From an uncultured Gammaproteobacteria bacterium (GTDB lineage Bacteria; Patescibacteriota; Patescibacteriia; SG8-24), in assembly GCA_964486995.1 (NCBI GenBank), contig CAZAOV010000007.1, positions 699 to 64,698 of the forward strand: a stretch of DNA of 64,000 bases, given 5' to 3'. This document shows positions 49,619 through 59,226 of this stretch, one piece after another (position 1 is the stretch's first letter; every line of letters starts with the position of its first letter). The translations under genes were made by a program, and so were the position numbers. The notes beneath the pieces are model-generated. The model saw only the letters and a list, made by a program, of their open reading frames with translations. It was not told the origin of the DNA and made no database searches.

Positions 49619-50059
49619 ATGCTCAACCCCATGCGTCCTTGGCGTTATCTCATCAATCTGTTAAGGTCAGTGTTCGCAGTAGGCATTTTAGCCGGGGCGA
49701 TTCTTTTTTCTGCGGCTTATCCGTTTTCTGACGCCACGCCAGAACATTTAGCGCTAGCGGCGTTGTTGATTGGTACGGTAGCTGCACTGACGGCGATTCT
49801 GAAGAAAGTGCGCTTGACGATTTGGATGTCGCTGACATTTATCGCGTATATTGCTGGCATGGTTTACGCATTGGATTTGCTATACACGCCGGATGTGACT
49901 GACGGTTATGGTGCTGCTGTGATGACCGTGACGGTATTCGTTATACACGGTTTCGTAGTTGGTGCATTTATCGAGTTGGTGACCTGGATTCATCGAGTGA
50001 CCGGGCGTCTCATCGAAAAAATTAAAGAGAGAACAGCGCTTAAGCTAGAAGAAGAATGA
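49619..50059 (+). CDS. Four-TM membrane protein
   Basis: Four hydrophobic helices; ATGA overlap with leuS. Confidence 0.75.
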   Translation: MLNPMRPWRYLINLLRSVFAVGILAGAILFSAAYPFSDATPEHLALAALLIGTVAALTAILKKVRLTIWMSLTFIAYIAGMVYALDLLYTPDVTDGYGAAVMTVTVFVIHGFVVGAFIELVTWIHRVTGRLIEKIKERTALKLEEE

Positions 50060-52491
50060 GTAAGTACGATTTCAAGTCCATCGAACGCAAATGGCAGGAC
50101 GAGTGGGCCAAACAAAATCTTTATGGCACGGAAGAAAATTCTTCAAAGAAGAATTTTTACGTTTTAGACATGTTTCCATACCCGTCGGGTAATGGGCTGC
50201 ATGTCGGACATGTCGAAGGCTACACTGCGACCGATATTTTGGCGCGCAAGCGGCGGATGGATGGTTATAACGTTCTGCATCCCATGGGGTGGGACGCGTT
50301 TGGTTTGCCGGCCGAGAACTATGCGATTAAGACCGGCGTGCATCCGCGCGAGAGCACCGAGGGAAATATTGATAATTATAGGCGCCAGCTGAAGTCGTGT
50401 GGCTTTTCTTACGATTGGACACGCGAGATTTCTACCGCCGACCCGGCCTATTATCGCTGGACACAGTGGTTGTTTTTGTTTTTTTACAAGAAGGGTTTGG
50501 CGTACAAGGGCAAGGCGCCAGTGAACTGGTGCGATTCTTGTGCGACGGTTTTGGCGAACGAACAGGTTGAGAATGACGGCACCTGCGAGCGTTGCGGTAC
50601 CGAAGTGGTGCAGAAAGACCTGGAGCAGTGGTTTTTGCGTGTGACTGACTATGCCGACCGTCTGCTTGAGGATTTGGATGGGTTGGACTGGCCGGAGAAG
50701 ATCAAACATATGCAGGTGAATTGGATTGGGCGATCCGAGGGGGTTGAAATTGTTTTTGAGGGGACAGGAGGGCAGGGCGGTAAAGAAGCAAAGAAATTTT
50801 GTGTCCCGGTTTTTACCACTCGAGCGGACACGCTTTTTGGGGTGTCGTGTGTGGTTTTGGCACCGGAGCATAGTTTGGTGCGAGAAATTACGACCGAAGA
50901 ACGGCGCGCCGAGGTGGAGGCATATATAAAGAAGGCGCAAGGCAAGTCCGAGCTGGAGCGTACCGGCACCAACCTCGATAAGTCTGGCGTACCGACCGGA
51001 GCTTTTGTGAGGCATCCGTTTACCGGTGATGACGTGCCGGTTTGGATTGCGGATTATGCGCTGGTGAACTACGGCACTGGAGCAGTAATGTGCGTCCCGG
51101 CGCATGATCAGCGCGATTTTGAGTTTGCAAAAAAGTTTGAGTTGCCAATTACCGAGGTGGTACGACCAGAGAACGGTGAGCCCGAAGCAGGTGCGGCATT
51201 TACAGAGAAGGGGAGACTGCTTAAATCCGGAGAATTCACCGGCTTGCATTCTACTGAGGCAATAAATCGGATAGCTGAGGAATTAGAAAAGAAAGATCTG
51301 GGTAAGAAGACAGTTAATTATCATTTGCGTGATTGGTTGATTTCTCGGCAGAGATTCTGGGGGGCGCCGATTCCGATTGTTTATTGCGACAAGTGCGGCG
51401 AGCAGCCGGTACCAGAGGAGCATTTACCGGTGCTGTTGCCGGACGATGTTGATTTTCGTCCGACTGGCGAGTCACCGTTGGCGCTGTCCGAGTCCTTTCA
51501 TGAGGTGAAATGTCCAAAGTGCGGCGGTGCGGCACGGCGCGAGTCCGATACCATGGATACGTTCGTTGATTCGAGCTGGTATTTTTTGCGCTTTTGTTCG
51601 CCGCATGACGGCGAGCGCGCTTTTTCTTCGCATGGCGTGGCGCGGTGGTGTCCGATTGATCTATATGTTGGTGGCGCCGAGCATGCAGTATTGCATCTGC
51701 TGTACGCACGATTTTTTATCAAGGTGCTGTTCGACGAGGGGTTGCTTGGGTTCGGGGAACCGTTCACTAAGTTGATTAATCCGGGAATCGTTCTCGGTTA
51801 TAACAGCGAGAAGATGTCCAAGTCCAAGGGCAACGTGGTGAATCCAGATGATGTGGTCGAGGAATGGGGTGCGGACGTACTGCGGCTGTATGAAATGTTC
51901 ATGGGCGAATTTACGGACGTAAAGCCATGGGATCCGAAGGGAATCAAGGGCGTGGCGCGTTTCTTGGATCGGGTATGGCTGCAGGTGCATGATGTGGTTC
52001 ACGCCGAAGATCGCGCCGAGGCCGATGAAGATTTGACGCGACTGCTGCACAAGACCATCAAGAAAGTCGGCGATGACATTGATGCGTTTAAATTTAATAC
52101 CGCCATTTCGCAACTCATGATTCTGCTTAATGAATGGAGCAAAAGCGCCACAGGTGGACGTGACATGGCCGATAAGTTTGTCACTCTGCTCGCACCGTTT
52201 GCGCCGCACTTGACCGAGGACTTATGGCACACGCTCGGACATGATACAAGTGTACATTTGGAGCTGTGGCCCGAAGCGCAAGCCAGCTTGATGAAAGACG
52301 ATGAGGTCGAAGTGGTTGTTCAGGTGAACGGCAAGGTCCGTGATCACATCACCGCGGTAGCAGACATCGAAACTGAGGAGCTAAAGATGATGGCTCTGCA
52401 GTCCGATGCGGTTCGCCGGAACTTAGAGGGGATGGAGGTGAAGAAGGTGATTGTGGTGAAGGGGAAGTTGGTTAATATAGTCGCGGAGTAA
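50056..52491 (+). CDS. leuS: Leucine--tRNA ligase
   Basis: MFPYPSG.GLHVGH, GWDAFGLPAEN, editing domain GTGAVM.VPAHD.RD, KMSKS. Confidence 0.98.
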   Translation: MSKYDFKSIERKWQDEWAKQNLYGTEENSSKKNFYVLDMFPYPSGNGLHVGHVEGYTATDILARKRRMDGYNVLHPMGWDAFGLPAENYAIKTGVHPRESTEGNIDNYRRQLKSCGFSYDWTREISTADPAYYRWTQWLFLFFYKKGLAYKGKAPVNWCDSCATVLANEQVENDGTCERCGTEVVQKDLEQWFLRVTDYADRLLEDLDGLDWPEKIKHMQVNWIGRSEGVEIVFEGTGGQGGKEAKKFCVPVFTTRADTLFGVSCVVLAPEHSLVREITTEERRAEVEAYIKKAQGKSELERTGTNLDKSGVPTGAFVRHPFTGDDVPVWIADYALVNYGTGAVMCVPAHDQRDFEFAKKFELPITEVVRPENGEPEAGAAFTEKGRLLKSGEFTGLHSTEAINRIAEELEKKDLGKKTVNYHLRDWLISRQRFWGAPIPIVYCDKCGEQPVPEEHLPVLLPDDVDFRPTGESPLALSESFHEVKCPKCGGAARRESDTMDTFVDSSWYFLRFCSPHDGERAFSSHGVARWCPIDLYVGGAEHAVLHLLYARFFIKVLFDEGLLGFGEPFTKLINPGIVLGYNSEKMSKSKGNVVNPDDVVEEWGADVLRLYEMFMGEFTDVKPWDPKGIKGVARFLDRVWLQVHDVVHAEDRAEADEDLTRLLHKTIKKVGDDIDAFKFNTAISQLMILLNEWSKSATGGRDMADKFVTLLAPFAPHLTEDLWHTLGHDTSVHLELWPEAQASLMKDDEVEVVVQVNGKVRDHITAVADIETEELKMMALQSDAVRRNLEGMEVKKVIVVKGKLVNIVAE

Positions 52492-52519
52492 GTGATAGTA
52501 TAGTTTTTTGGGTGCCGAA

Positions 52520-52592
52520 GTGTGGAGGTATAGAAGTGTAGTAGGACGGTCACTTAGGGTGGGCGACCTACTACACTTCTATACTTCCACGC
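52520..52592. repeat. Long inverted repeat (26-bp stem)
   Basis: GTGTGGAGGTATAGAAGTGTAGTAGG / CCTACTACACTTCTATACTTCCACGC. Confidence 0.85.
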
Positions 52593-52611
52593 ATCTACAC
52601 TAGATAAATAT

Positions 52612-53325
52612 ATGGCTGAAAGATGCAATAATTTTCTAAATGCCTTTGATGGCTGGACACTGGATTGGAACACGGTGTTCGGTTTAGGTTTCGAAAGCGC
52701 ACCCAAGGATTGGGTGACCGTTTATCGCGAGTGTTCAATCGATGAACTGGCGCGTATCGCCCGCGAAGGTTTGCGTGTGCCCGAGGCAGATCAGCGACAT
52801 CCGGATAATCGTCAAGAGATGGAATTGCTCGACAAGTTTCGTCCGAAGCATTTGGAGAAAACCGGCATAAGTAGGCTAAAGGCGATTTATGCAGTGCCTA
52901 CACCGGAGACGCCGCGGTTCGCGTATAAACGGGAGCGGGCGATATTGGAAATGAAAGTCGATGCGAACGATGGATATGTCGGCGACATGGATTTTATAAC
53001 TGCGCTGATTCCATTTATCAATGCGCACGGTCGCGGGGTGGAACAGTACCACGGTGCGTTTCGTCGCTACTGGGATTCGGTGATTCCTCTCAAGATGTTT
53101 TACCAGAATTATGGCTTTCTCGAGACCGACGGCGGCGCTAACTGGGTCCGCAAGCGCGGCGCGCCGACACGCTTACCAGAATCATATTTCATGCCCGAGA
53201 TAATGCTCATGACACCGGTCGTCAGCAAACAGCATGTGCGAATAATTCGTTGGGAACCGGGTGCGGACGATTTTAAATCCCGCGAATGGTGGAATGACAG
53301 CGAAGAGGTTTGGGGAGAAGTATAG
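52612..53325 (+). CDS. Hypothetical protein, possible ADP-ribosyltransferase-like fold
   Basis: 237-aa ORF; VYR, I..EGL, AIYA, ILEMKV and PEI motifs appear in ART-like order. Confidence 0.55.
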   Translation: MAERCNNFLNAFDGWTLDWNTVFGLGFESAPKDWVTVYRECSIDELARIAREGLRVPEADQRHPDNRQEMELLDKFRPKHLEKTGISRLKAIYAVPTPETPRFAYKRERAILEMKVDANDGYVGDMDFITALIPFINAHGRGVEQYHGAFRRYWDSVIPLKMFYQNYGFLETDGGANWVRKRGAPTRLPESYFMPEIMLMTPVVSKQHVRIIRWEPGADDFKSREWWNDSEEVWGEV

Positions 53326-53536
53326 TGAAAAAGACGCCGGTCAGCGTCTTTTTTGTATTGGGTTGAAATTGGGCCACGTCTTTTATCTTATATTTTTAAG
53401 GCGGAAAAACCGGTCGGGTCTTTAGCTTAATCTGTCGTCATGTCTTAAACGCCTGTACTTTTTGCCCCCTAGTACAGACAGTCTATTTTTTGTGTGGTTG
53501 CGTGATTTGGTGTGGTTGTGGTAAGAGAGGGGCGCT

Positions 53537-55087
53537 ATGTGGGAGTGGCTGCTCGAAAAATTGGGGCAGCTAGCGCAGTCTCGTTCGCGGACGTTCTTGG
53601 TGTGGTTGGTGGCTTTTTTGGCGGGCGTGGCGGTGCATGCTTTTTATGAACGTCCGATGGGCGGCGTCGCGGTTATGACGGCGGTCGTTGTCGGTGCGGC
53701 GGTCTTTAGTTTGATTGCCCGTCTAGATAGGCGGGTAGTTTTAATTTGTACAGCTATAGCTTTGGCGGCGATAGGTTGTTGGCGCTACGACACGGTTTGG
53801 CGTTCTTCAGCCTATGCGACTCCGCCGCCGACAGTAGTCGGCGAGCATTTTGAAGGAATAATAATCGGTTACGTGCGCGAGCGGGAACGGAATACCCTGC
53901 TTACAGTTCAAACTGAATTTGGTTTAGCACGGTTGTATGTACGCACGCCCCTTACATATAAATATGGCGATCAAATTCGTTGGGGGTGTCGTCCGAGGCT
54001 GGTTTCTGCGGATGACGATGGCTGGCATGATCGGTTGCTGCTGGATGGGGTGCGGTGGACTTGCAGTGTTTATGATAGCCCGGTGCTGATTAAGACCCCC
54101 CTCTCCCAGGGGGTAAGGCCGGGGTGGGAGGACTCAGATTCAAGCGCGAACCCCAATACCATAAGGAGTAACGGGTTAAAAGACGTGATTTACCGATTGA
54201 AACGCGGGGTAGTCGCTTCGGTCCAGCGCATTCTCCCCGAACCAGAAGCGTCATTCTTGCTCGGCCTGCTCATCGGCGTTAAAGACGGTCTGCCCGAAGA
54301 GTTGACCGAGTCATTCCGCAATACCGGCACTACACATATCCTCGCGGTGTCCGGCTATAACGTGACTCAACTCATCAACGTCGGCGTGCTCCTGCTGGCG
54401 TTGATTCTGGTACCGCGCCGGAAATCCGCCGCTGTCATGGCGGTCGCGGTAATAATATTCGCCTGTGTGGTCGGTGGCGACGCTTCGGTGATTCGTGCCG
54501 CCGTCATGGGGTGTGTCGGCATTCTCGCCACGTTGTACCGGCGACGCTACAGTGGGGCGCGCGCTCTACTCGCCGCCGCCGCTTTGATGCTAGCGGTGAA
54601 TCCGCTCGTGCTGAAACATGACGTCGGATTTCAGCTGTCGTTCGTGGCGGTGTGGGGTCTGCATGCTTTGGCGCCGGGTCTACTTGGCTTGTTTCCGTCC
54701 CGTTGGCGCAACGTGGCGGTACGTATCTTGTGCGAAACCGGCTCGGCTACGCTCGCCACCGCACCAGTCATATTGTATTCGTTCGGTCGATTGCCTGCGG
54801 TTGGCTTGCTCGCCAACCTGCTGATACTGCCTCTCATCCCCTGGGCCATGCTGTTCGGTGCGCTGGCCGCAACCATCGGTTTGGTCAGCGTGTCGTTAGC
54901 TTTGGTGCCCGCGCTAATCGCGGCGTGGATTATGCTTGCGGTGGAGTTTGTCGCCATTTCGCTTGCGCGGCACGTTCCGCTCGCACTCGAAGTTCAGGTC
55001 GGGGCGGTCACGGTGGGGTTGTTGTATGTCTGGCTGATAATACTGGCGTTCGCTTTAGCGCGACGGGGATATGAAAAAAAGTCGTAA
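53537..55087 (+). CDS. comEC: Competence protein ComEC (membrane/competence domain)
   Basis: GTTHILAVSGYN, ASVIRAAVM, NP....DVGFQLSF, ANLLILP. Confidence 0.95.
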   Translation: MWEWLLEKLGQLAQSRSRTFLVWLVAFLAGVAVHAFYERPMGGVAVMTAVVVGAAVFSLIARLDRRVVLICTAIALAAIGCWRYDTVWRSSAYATPPPTVVGEHFEGIIIGYVRERERNTLLTVQTEFGLARLYVRTPLTYKYGDQIRWGCRPRLVSADDDGWHDRLLLDGVRWTCSVYDSPVLIKTPLSQGVRPGWEDSDSSANPNTIRSNGLKDVIYRLKRGVVASVQRILPEPEASFLLGLLIGVKDGLPEELTESFRNTGTTHILAVSGYNVTQLINVGVLLLALILVPRRKSAAVMAVAVIIFACVVGGDASVIRAAVMGCVGILATLYRRRYSGARALLAAAALMLAVNPLVLKHDVGFQLSFVAVWGLHALAPGLLGLFPSRWRNVAVRILCETGSATLATAPVILYSFGRLPAVGLLANLLILPLIPWAMLFGALAATIGLVSVSLALVPALIAAWIMLAVEFVAISLARHVPLALEVQVGAVTVGLLYVWLIILAFALARRGYEKKS

Positions 55088-56006
55088 AGGCAAAGGTTCA
55101 AGGGGGCAGGGGCTTTCGCTGTGTTTACGTTCGGTGTTTAGGCTTAGGCCTCTGCTGATCGGAGCGGTGTTTTTGTCGATGGTGTTTTTACCGGCGACTT
55201 GGGCCTGGCCGGAGACGCATGGTGCGGATTCCACTCTGCATTTTTTCGCCGTCGGTCAGGGCGATTCTTCGCTGGTGCAATGCGGGCGTACGCAGGCGCT
55301 GATCGATGGCGGACCGAATCGCGCGGTAATGCGGAAACTCGGGCGCTCCATGCCGTTTACCGATCGCCGTATCGAGTATGTCATTCTTTCGCATCCGGAC
55401 AACGATCATATTTTCGGACTGTTCGAAGTGTTGGAGCGCTATGAAATCGGGCATTTAATCATGTCCGAGTTTGCGGTCGAGCATGAAGTCGGCCGACAGT
55501 TGATGGACCTGGCTCAGGGACGCGGTACCGAGGTGTTGCTCGTAGAAACCGGCGACACTATTCAACTCGGGCAGTGCGGTGAATTCGAGGTGCTGTGGCC
55601 GGACCGCAACAGCGAGCATCTGGCGCTCAACGGCCGTGGTTATGTTAATGATTTGTCCCTGGTGCTGGAGTTTCATGCCAACGACGATCGACCGCTTGCC
55701 CTGTTTACCGGCGACATAAACGCCGAGGTCGAGGAGACGCTAGTCGCCGACTGCGCACTGCAGGAAGTGCAGATTCTAAAAATACCGCACCACGGCAGTT
55801 CGCATTCTTCTCATTATCGGTTTCTCCGAACGCTCAATCCAGAACATGCCGTGATTCAGGTCGGTGAAAACAATTATGGCCAGCCATCCAAGACCGTCTT
55901 GTTCCGTCTTGAGAAGATTGGCGCACAAGTCAGCCGCAACGACACAGACGGAGATATAGTATTTTCTGTTCAGTCTGACGGTTCGTTTGCGCTTATTTCG
56001 AATTGA
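55071..56006 (+). CDS. ComEC/Rec2-type MBL-fold hydrolase (separate C-terminal domain)
   Basis: VGQGDS, IDGGP, SHPDNDHI.G, FTGD, PHHGS, NNYGQP. Confidence 0.9.
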   Translation: MKKSRKGKGSRGQGLSLCLRSVFRLRPLLIGAVFLSMVFLPATWAWPETHGADSTLHFFAVGQGDSSLVQCGRTQALIDGGPNRAVMRKLGRSMPFTDRRIEYVILSHPDNDHIFGLFEVLERYEIGHLIMSEFAVEHEVGRQLMDLAQGRGTEVLLVETGDTIQLGQCGEFEVLWPDRNSEHLALNGRGYVNDLSLVLEFHANDDRPLALFTGDINAEVEETLVADCALQEVQILKIPHHGSSHSSHYRFLRTLNPEHAVIQVGENNYGQPSKTVLFRLEKIGAQVSRNDTDGDIVFSVQSDGSFALISN

Positions 56007-56363
56007 CAAATAAATAATACCTTTCTGATTCAGGCTGGCTCACCGCTCATTTTATAGAGGAATTTGACATGGCGACGACGGAAACAGAAAACCACGTGCG
56101 GAATCTGAGGTTCCGGAGATTCAGATTTTCTGAGCGCCTGCAGTGCGAGTTCACGTTCGGTTTGGCATGTCGATGCATACTTCACTGCCTCATCAAATGA
56201 AGCGGGTCAACGAACCTGGACTGGGCATTATCGCCATGGGCGACGGGTCAGAACGGACGGTTCATTATTGAGCTGTTTTCACGGAGTGTGAGAGCCTACT
56301 CAGCCCAAGGGGGTGTATTAGTCTTGATATAATACGCCAGACGTTATACTATTTCGGCACAAA

Positions 56364-56440
56364 TGGGTGGGGCATTGCAAGAACGCCAATACCTAACCCA
56401 TGCGAGGGATTCCTGCTTAGGCAGGGGTCCGAGCCACCTA
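56364..56440 (+). promoter_or_regulatory. Structured leader upstream of ndk
   Basis: TGGGTGG/CCACCTA closing stem enclosing two hairpins; TATACT -10 at 56345-56350. Confidence 0.45.
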
Positions 56441-56465
56441 TTTTTAAACTTAAAAACTATCTCAT

Positions 56466-56963
56466 ATGATAGAACGAACACTCGTTCTGCTTAAACCGGA
56501 TTCCCTGGATCGCGGCATCGTCGGAGAAATCATCACTCGTTTTGAGCGTGTCGGCGCTAATATCGTCGGTCTTAAATTGTTGGTTTCAGAGAAAGACACC
56601 GCTGGTCAGCATTACACCGACGATTTGGCTCGGCGCCGCGGCGAGAACGTACGTAAAATGATGATTAACATGCTTACCTCTGGTCCGATTGTGGCCATGT
56701 GTGTGGAGGGCGTAGAGATTATCGAGCAGGTGCGCAAGATGGTCGGTGCGACTGAACCCAAGTCCGCCGCGCCGGGGACCATTCGCGGTGATTATGCGCA
56801 CGTTTCCTATAGTCATGCCGACGAAAAGGAAATCGCAGTGTTCAACCTGATTCATGCGTCCGATGCGCCTGAGTCCGCCGAAACCGAAATTGCGGTCTGG
56901 TTCAAACCGGAAGAACTCTGGAATCGGGAATCATCCTATACCAAGTTCACCATTGAGAAATAG
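56466..56963 (+). CDS. ndk: Nucleoside diphosphate kinase
   Basis: ERTLVLLKPD, SGPIVAM, PGTIRGDY, NLIHASD. Confidence 0.97.
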   Translation: MIERTLVLLKPDSLDRGIVGEIITRFERVGANIVGLKLLVSEKDTAGQHYTDDLARRRGENVRKMMINMLTSGPIVAMCVEGVEIIEQVRKMVGATEPKSAAPGTIRGDYAHVSYSHADEKEIAVFNLIHASDAPESAETEIAVWFKPEELWNRESSYTKFTIEK

Positions 56964-57143
56964 ATTATAGAACGAAAGAGGGGCCCGATGGCCTCTCTTT
57001 TAATTACTTGCAAGCCTCTCGGCGTCAGCCCGGGGATATTTATCGGTTACCGTTATCCTTTCCGTCCTGGGTGATGATATCCTGCTTGCCAAGCAGGTAT
57101 TGTGATGATAATGTTCCGTTTGGTCTTTTCAAAGGAGATAACC

Positions 57144-57584
57144 ATGATTCGACTGGCGGTCCTGGCTGTACTGATGCTATTTGCATTCTCCTGCAACTGG
57201 TTCATGCCTGAGGGGCAAGTGATTAACGATGCCGAGGAATCACTTTCCTGTTCACAGCAGCCTGAGCAGGGTTGCGTTCGGTATATGTTCGTGCCGACCG
57301 AAACTGATTCGCGTGAACGACTGGCGCGCTGCTTGAGCTCGCGTGGCGTCATCCTCTATACCACCAGCTGGTGCCCGGCTTGCGACCGGCAGAAGGCTCT
57401 GTTCGGCCGACATGTCGAGCATCTCAATGAGGTGGATTGCGGTGAGCAAGGACGGCGTTGTGAAGATGCTCAGATTCGCAGTGTCCCCACTTGGACTTTT
57501 CGGGACGGTCAACGTCATGTGGGGCTGCTGTCCTTGCGGCAACTGGCTCGGCGTGCCGGTTGCTCAATCCGTGGTTTGAGGTAG
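57144..57584 (+). CDS. Thioredoxin/glutaredoxin-fold lipoprotein candidate (VKOR-associated Trx-like domain)
   Basis: SD AAAGGAG; LFAFS-C lipobox-like motif; YTTSWCPAC.RQK.LFG, VPTW. Confidence 0.75.
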   Translation: MIRLAVLAVLMLFAFSCNWFMPEGQVINDAEESLSCSQQPEQGCVRYMFVPTETDSRERLARCLSSRGVILYTTSWCPACDRQKALFGRHVEHLNEVDCGEQGRRCEDAQIRSVPTWTFRDGQRHVGLLSLRQLARRAGCSIRGLR

Positions 57585-58018
57585 TAAAAACTCCGCTCTT
57601 CACTGGGGCGGTTTTTTGGTTCAAATTATTTATGTCGCTCGGCGATTAACAAATAACACCGGCCCTCCGGGCGATGGTGGGCATTATCCACACAGCTCGC
57701 TTGCTCGCTCATGGGGGCGGTGTTAACGTCATTAAAGCTTGTCGTGAGCGTGAACAGTTACGCACAGGTGTCCCGTGTCAGTACAACTTGAACCAGCAGC
57801 ACCGGTGGTCGGGGCAATACCCATCCGGTGCTTTTTATTTTTTTGGTAGAAGTGTATAAGAGTAAAAGACTTGAAGAAGGGCAGTAGGGCACACGCAGGC
57901 AACCGCAAACTAACCCGCCTACAATCCTGCTCCCATGCTATAGGAATTTTATTAATGTTATCGACCCGAAAATATTACTGGGGTAAACTAAATAAGCGAG
58001 AACAATCGTTAAGAATAT

Positions 58019-58492
58019 ATGAATAGCAAACGCAAGCCGAATCAGCAGCCGATTATGTTTCGAACATATCTCATTGCTGTTTTGATAGTTGTGTCCGGGG
58101 TATATGGAGCGTATCGGCTGGCGGTCAAAGATGAGGCAGAACCGGCACCAGTCGATGACGTGGCTAAGCTCGCAGACTGCCTAACAGAAAGCGGCGCCAA
58201 ACTGTACGGTACTTTTTGGTGTCCTCACTGCAATGATCAAAAGGACGCGTTTGGCGCAAACATCGGTCGGGTGACCTACATTGAATGTACTGTTGATGGT
58301 CAACGTAACGTCATGTCTGAGGAGTGCAAAGAGGCTCAAATCAGGGGCTTTCCGACTTGGATTTTCGGTGACGGAACTCAGGTGAGTGGCAAACAGCCAT
58401 TCAGGGAGCTGGCTGCTCGTAGTGGATGTGATTGGAAGCCAGGTGAAACCGAATTCAAACCGACGGTTGACGTTGTTGAAGTGGACATATAA
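58019..58492 (+). CDS. Membrane-anchored thioredoxin-fold protein (VKOR-associated Trx-like domain)
   Basis: LADCL...GAKLYGTFWCPHC.DQK..FG, YIEC, GFPTW. Confidence 0.85.
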   Translation: MNSKRKPNQQPIMFRTYLIAVLIVVSGVYGAYRLAVKDEAEPAPVDDVAKLADCLTESGAKLYGTFWCPHCNDQKDAFGANIGRVTYIECTVDGQRNVMSEECKEAQIRGFPTWIFGDGTQVSGKQPFRELAARSGCDWKPGETEFKPTVDVVEVDI

Positions 58493-58561
58493 GGTAATAA
58501 ACCGCTCTAAATTTTATCGTTTAAACCGAGTGAGTGCTCGGTTTTTGCATGGAGGTGTTCA

Positions 58562-59116
58562 GTGCGGTATTTGATGATGTTTTTTCTGTTTCTTTCTGTC
58601 TCGGCTTGCGAGCCCGGTGCCGAAGATTCGGCTGTAGATGCGGGTTTTGATGGCAATGCTGAAGCTGATGTGCTGGATGACGGAGATGTCGAGCCAGATG
58701 CCGTCGAGGATTTGGATGCGGACACGGAAGAAGATACCGCACCGAATTGCGAGGCTCTCGATCAGGATTCTGAGGATGTGCATGTGCTGGCCTGCTGCCT
58801 GGCTGATCGAGGCGCGGTACTCTACCACACGTCTTGGTGCTCGTTTTGCTACATCCAGCAGCGTATGTTCGGGGAGTATTTTGAACTGCTGAATCATGTC
58901 GATTGCTGGGATGAGCACGGCGAGATACCTGAGTGTACCGAAATGGGCGTTGAAGCGTATCCGTCTTGGACGTTCGTGGTGTACGACGAGCAGACCGGCG
59001 AAGCCACTGACGACTTTTTCTTGGTGTCCGGGTTGTTGCATTTTTCCGTGCTGGCTGATTATTCCGGCTGCTACTGGCCAGAGACGGAAAGGGAACATAA
59101 TTCAGGAAAAGAGTAA
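58562..59116 (+). CDS. Thioredoxin-fold lipoprotein candidate with acidic linker
   Basis: SD GGAGG; LSVSA-C; YHTSWCSFC..Q..MFG, AYPSW. Confidence 0.75.
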   Translation: MRYLMMFFLFLSVSACEPGAEDSAVDAGFDGNAEADVLDDGDVEPDAVEDLDADTEEDTAPNCEALDQDSEDVHVLACCLADRGAVLYHTSWCSFCYIQQRMFGEYFELLNHVDCWDEHGEIPECTEMGVEAYPSWTFVVYDEQTGEATDDFFLVSGLLHFSVLADYSGCYWPETEREHNSGKE

Positions 59117-59226
59117 TCATAAAACCGAGCAATTTTGCTCGGTTTTTCTGTGTCTGGATTTTTTTATCCACAAGTCGAACCTGTTATCGTCTGTGGATAT
59201 AATTTCTGTCTGTTTATACTGAATAC

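Noticed and set aside
50164-51249. 361-aa antisense ORF inside leuS
   Set aside because: Shadow ORF of a well-supported gene with no independent signals.
56069-56291. Short SD-led ORF with possible frameshifted continuation
   Set aside because: Only 43 codons with no recognisable motif; cannot be supported as a gene or pseudogene.
57684-59200. oriC suggested by DnaA boxes
   Set aside because: Only two perfect boxes 1.5 kb apart plus one degenerate; no dnaA or unwinding element nearby.
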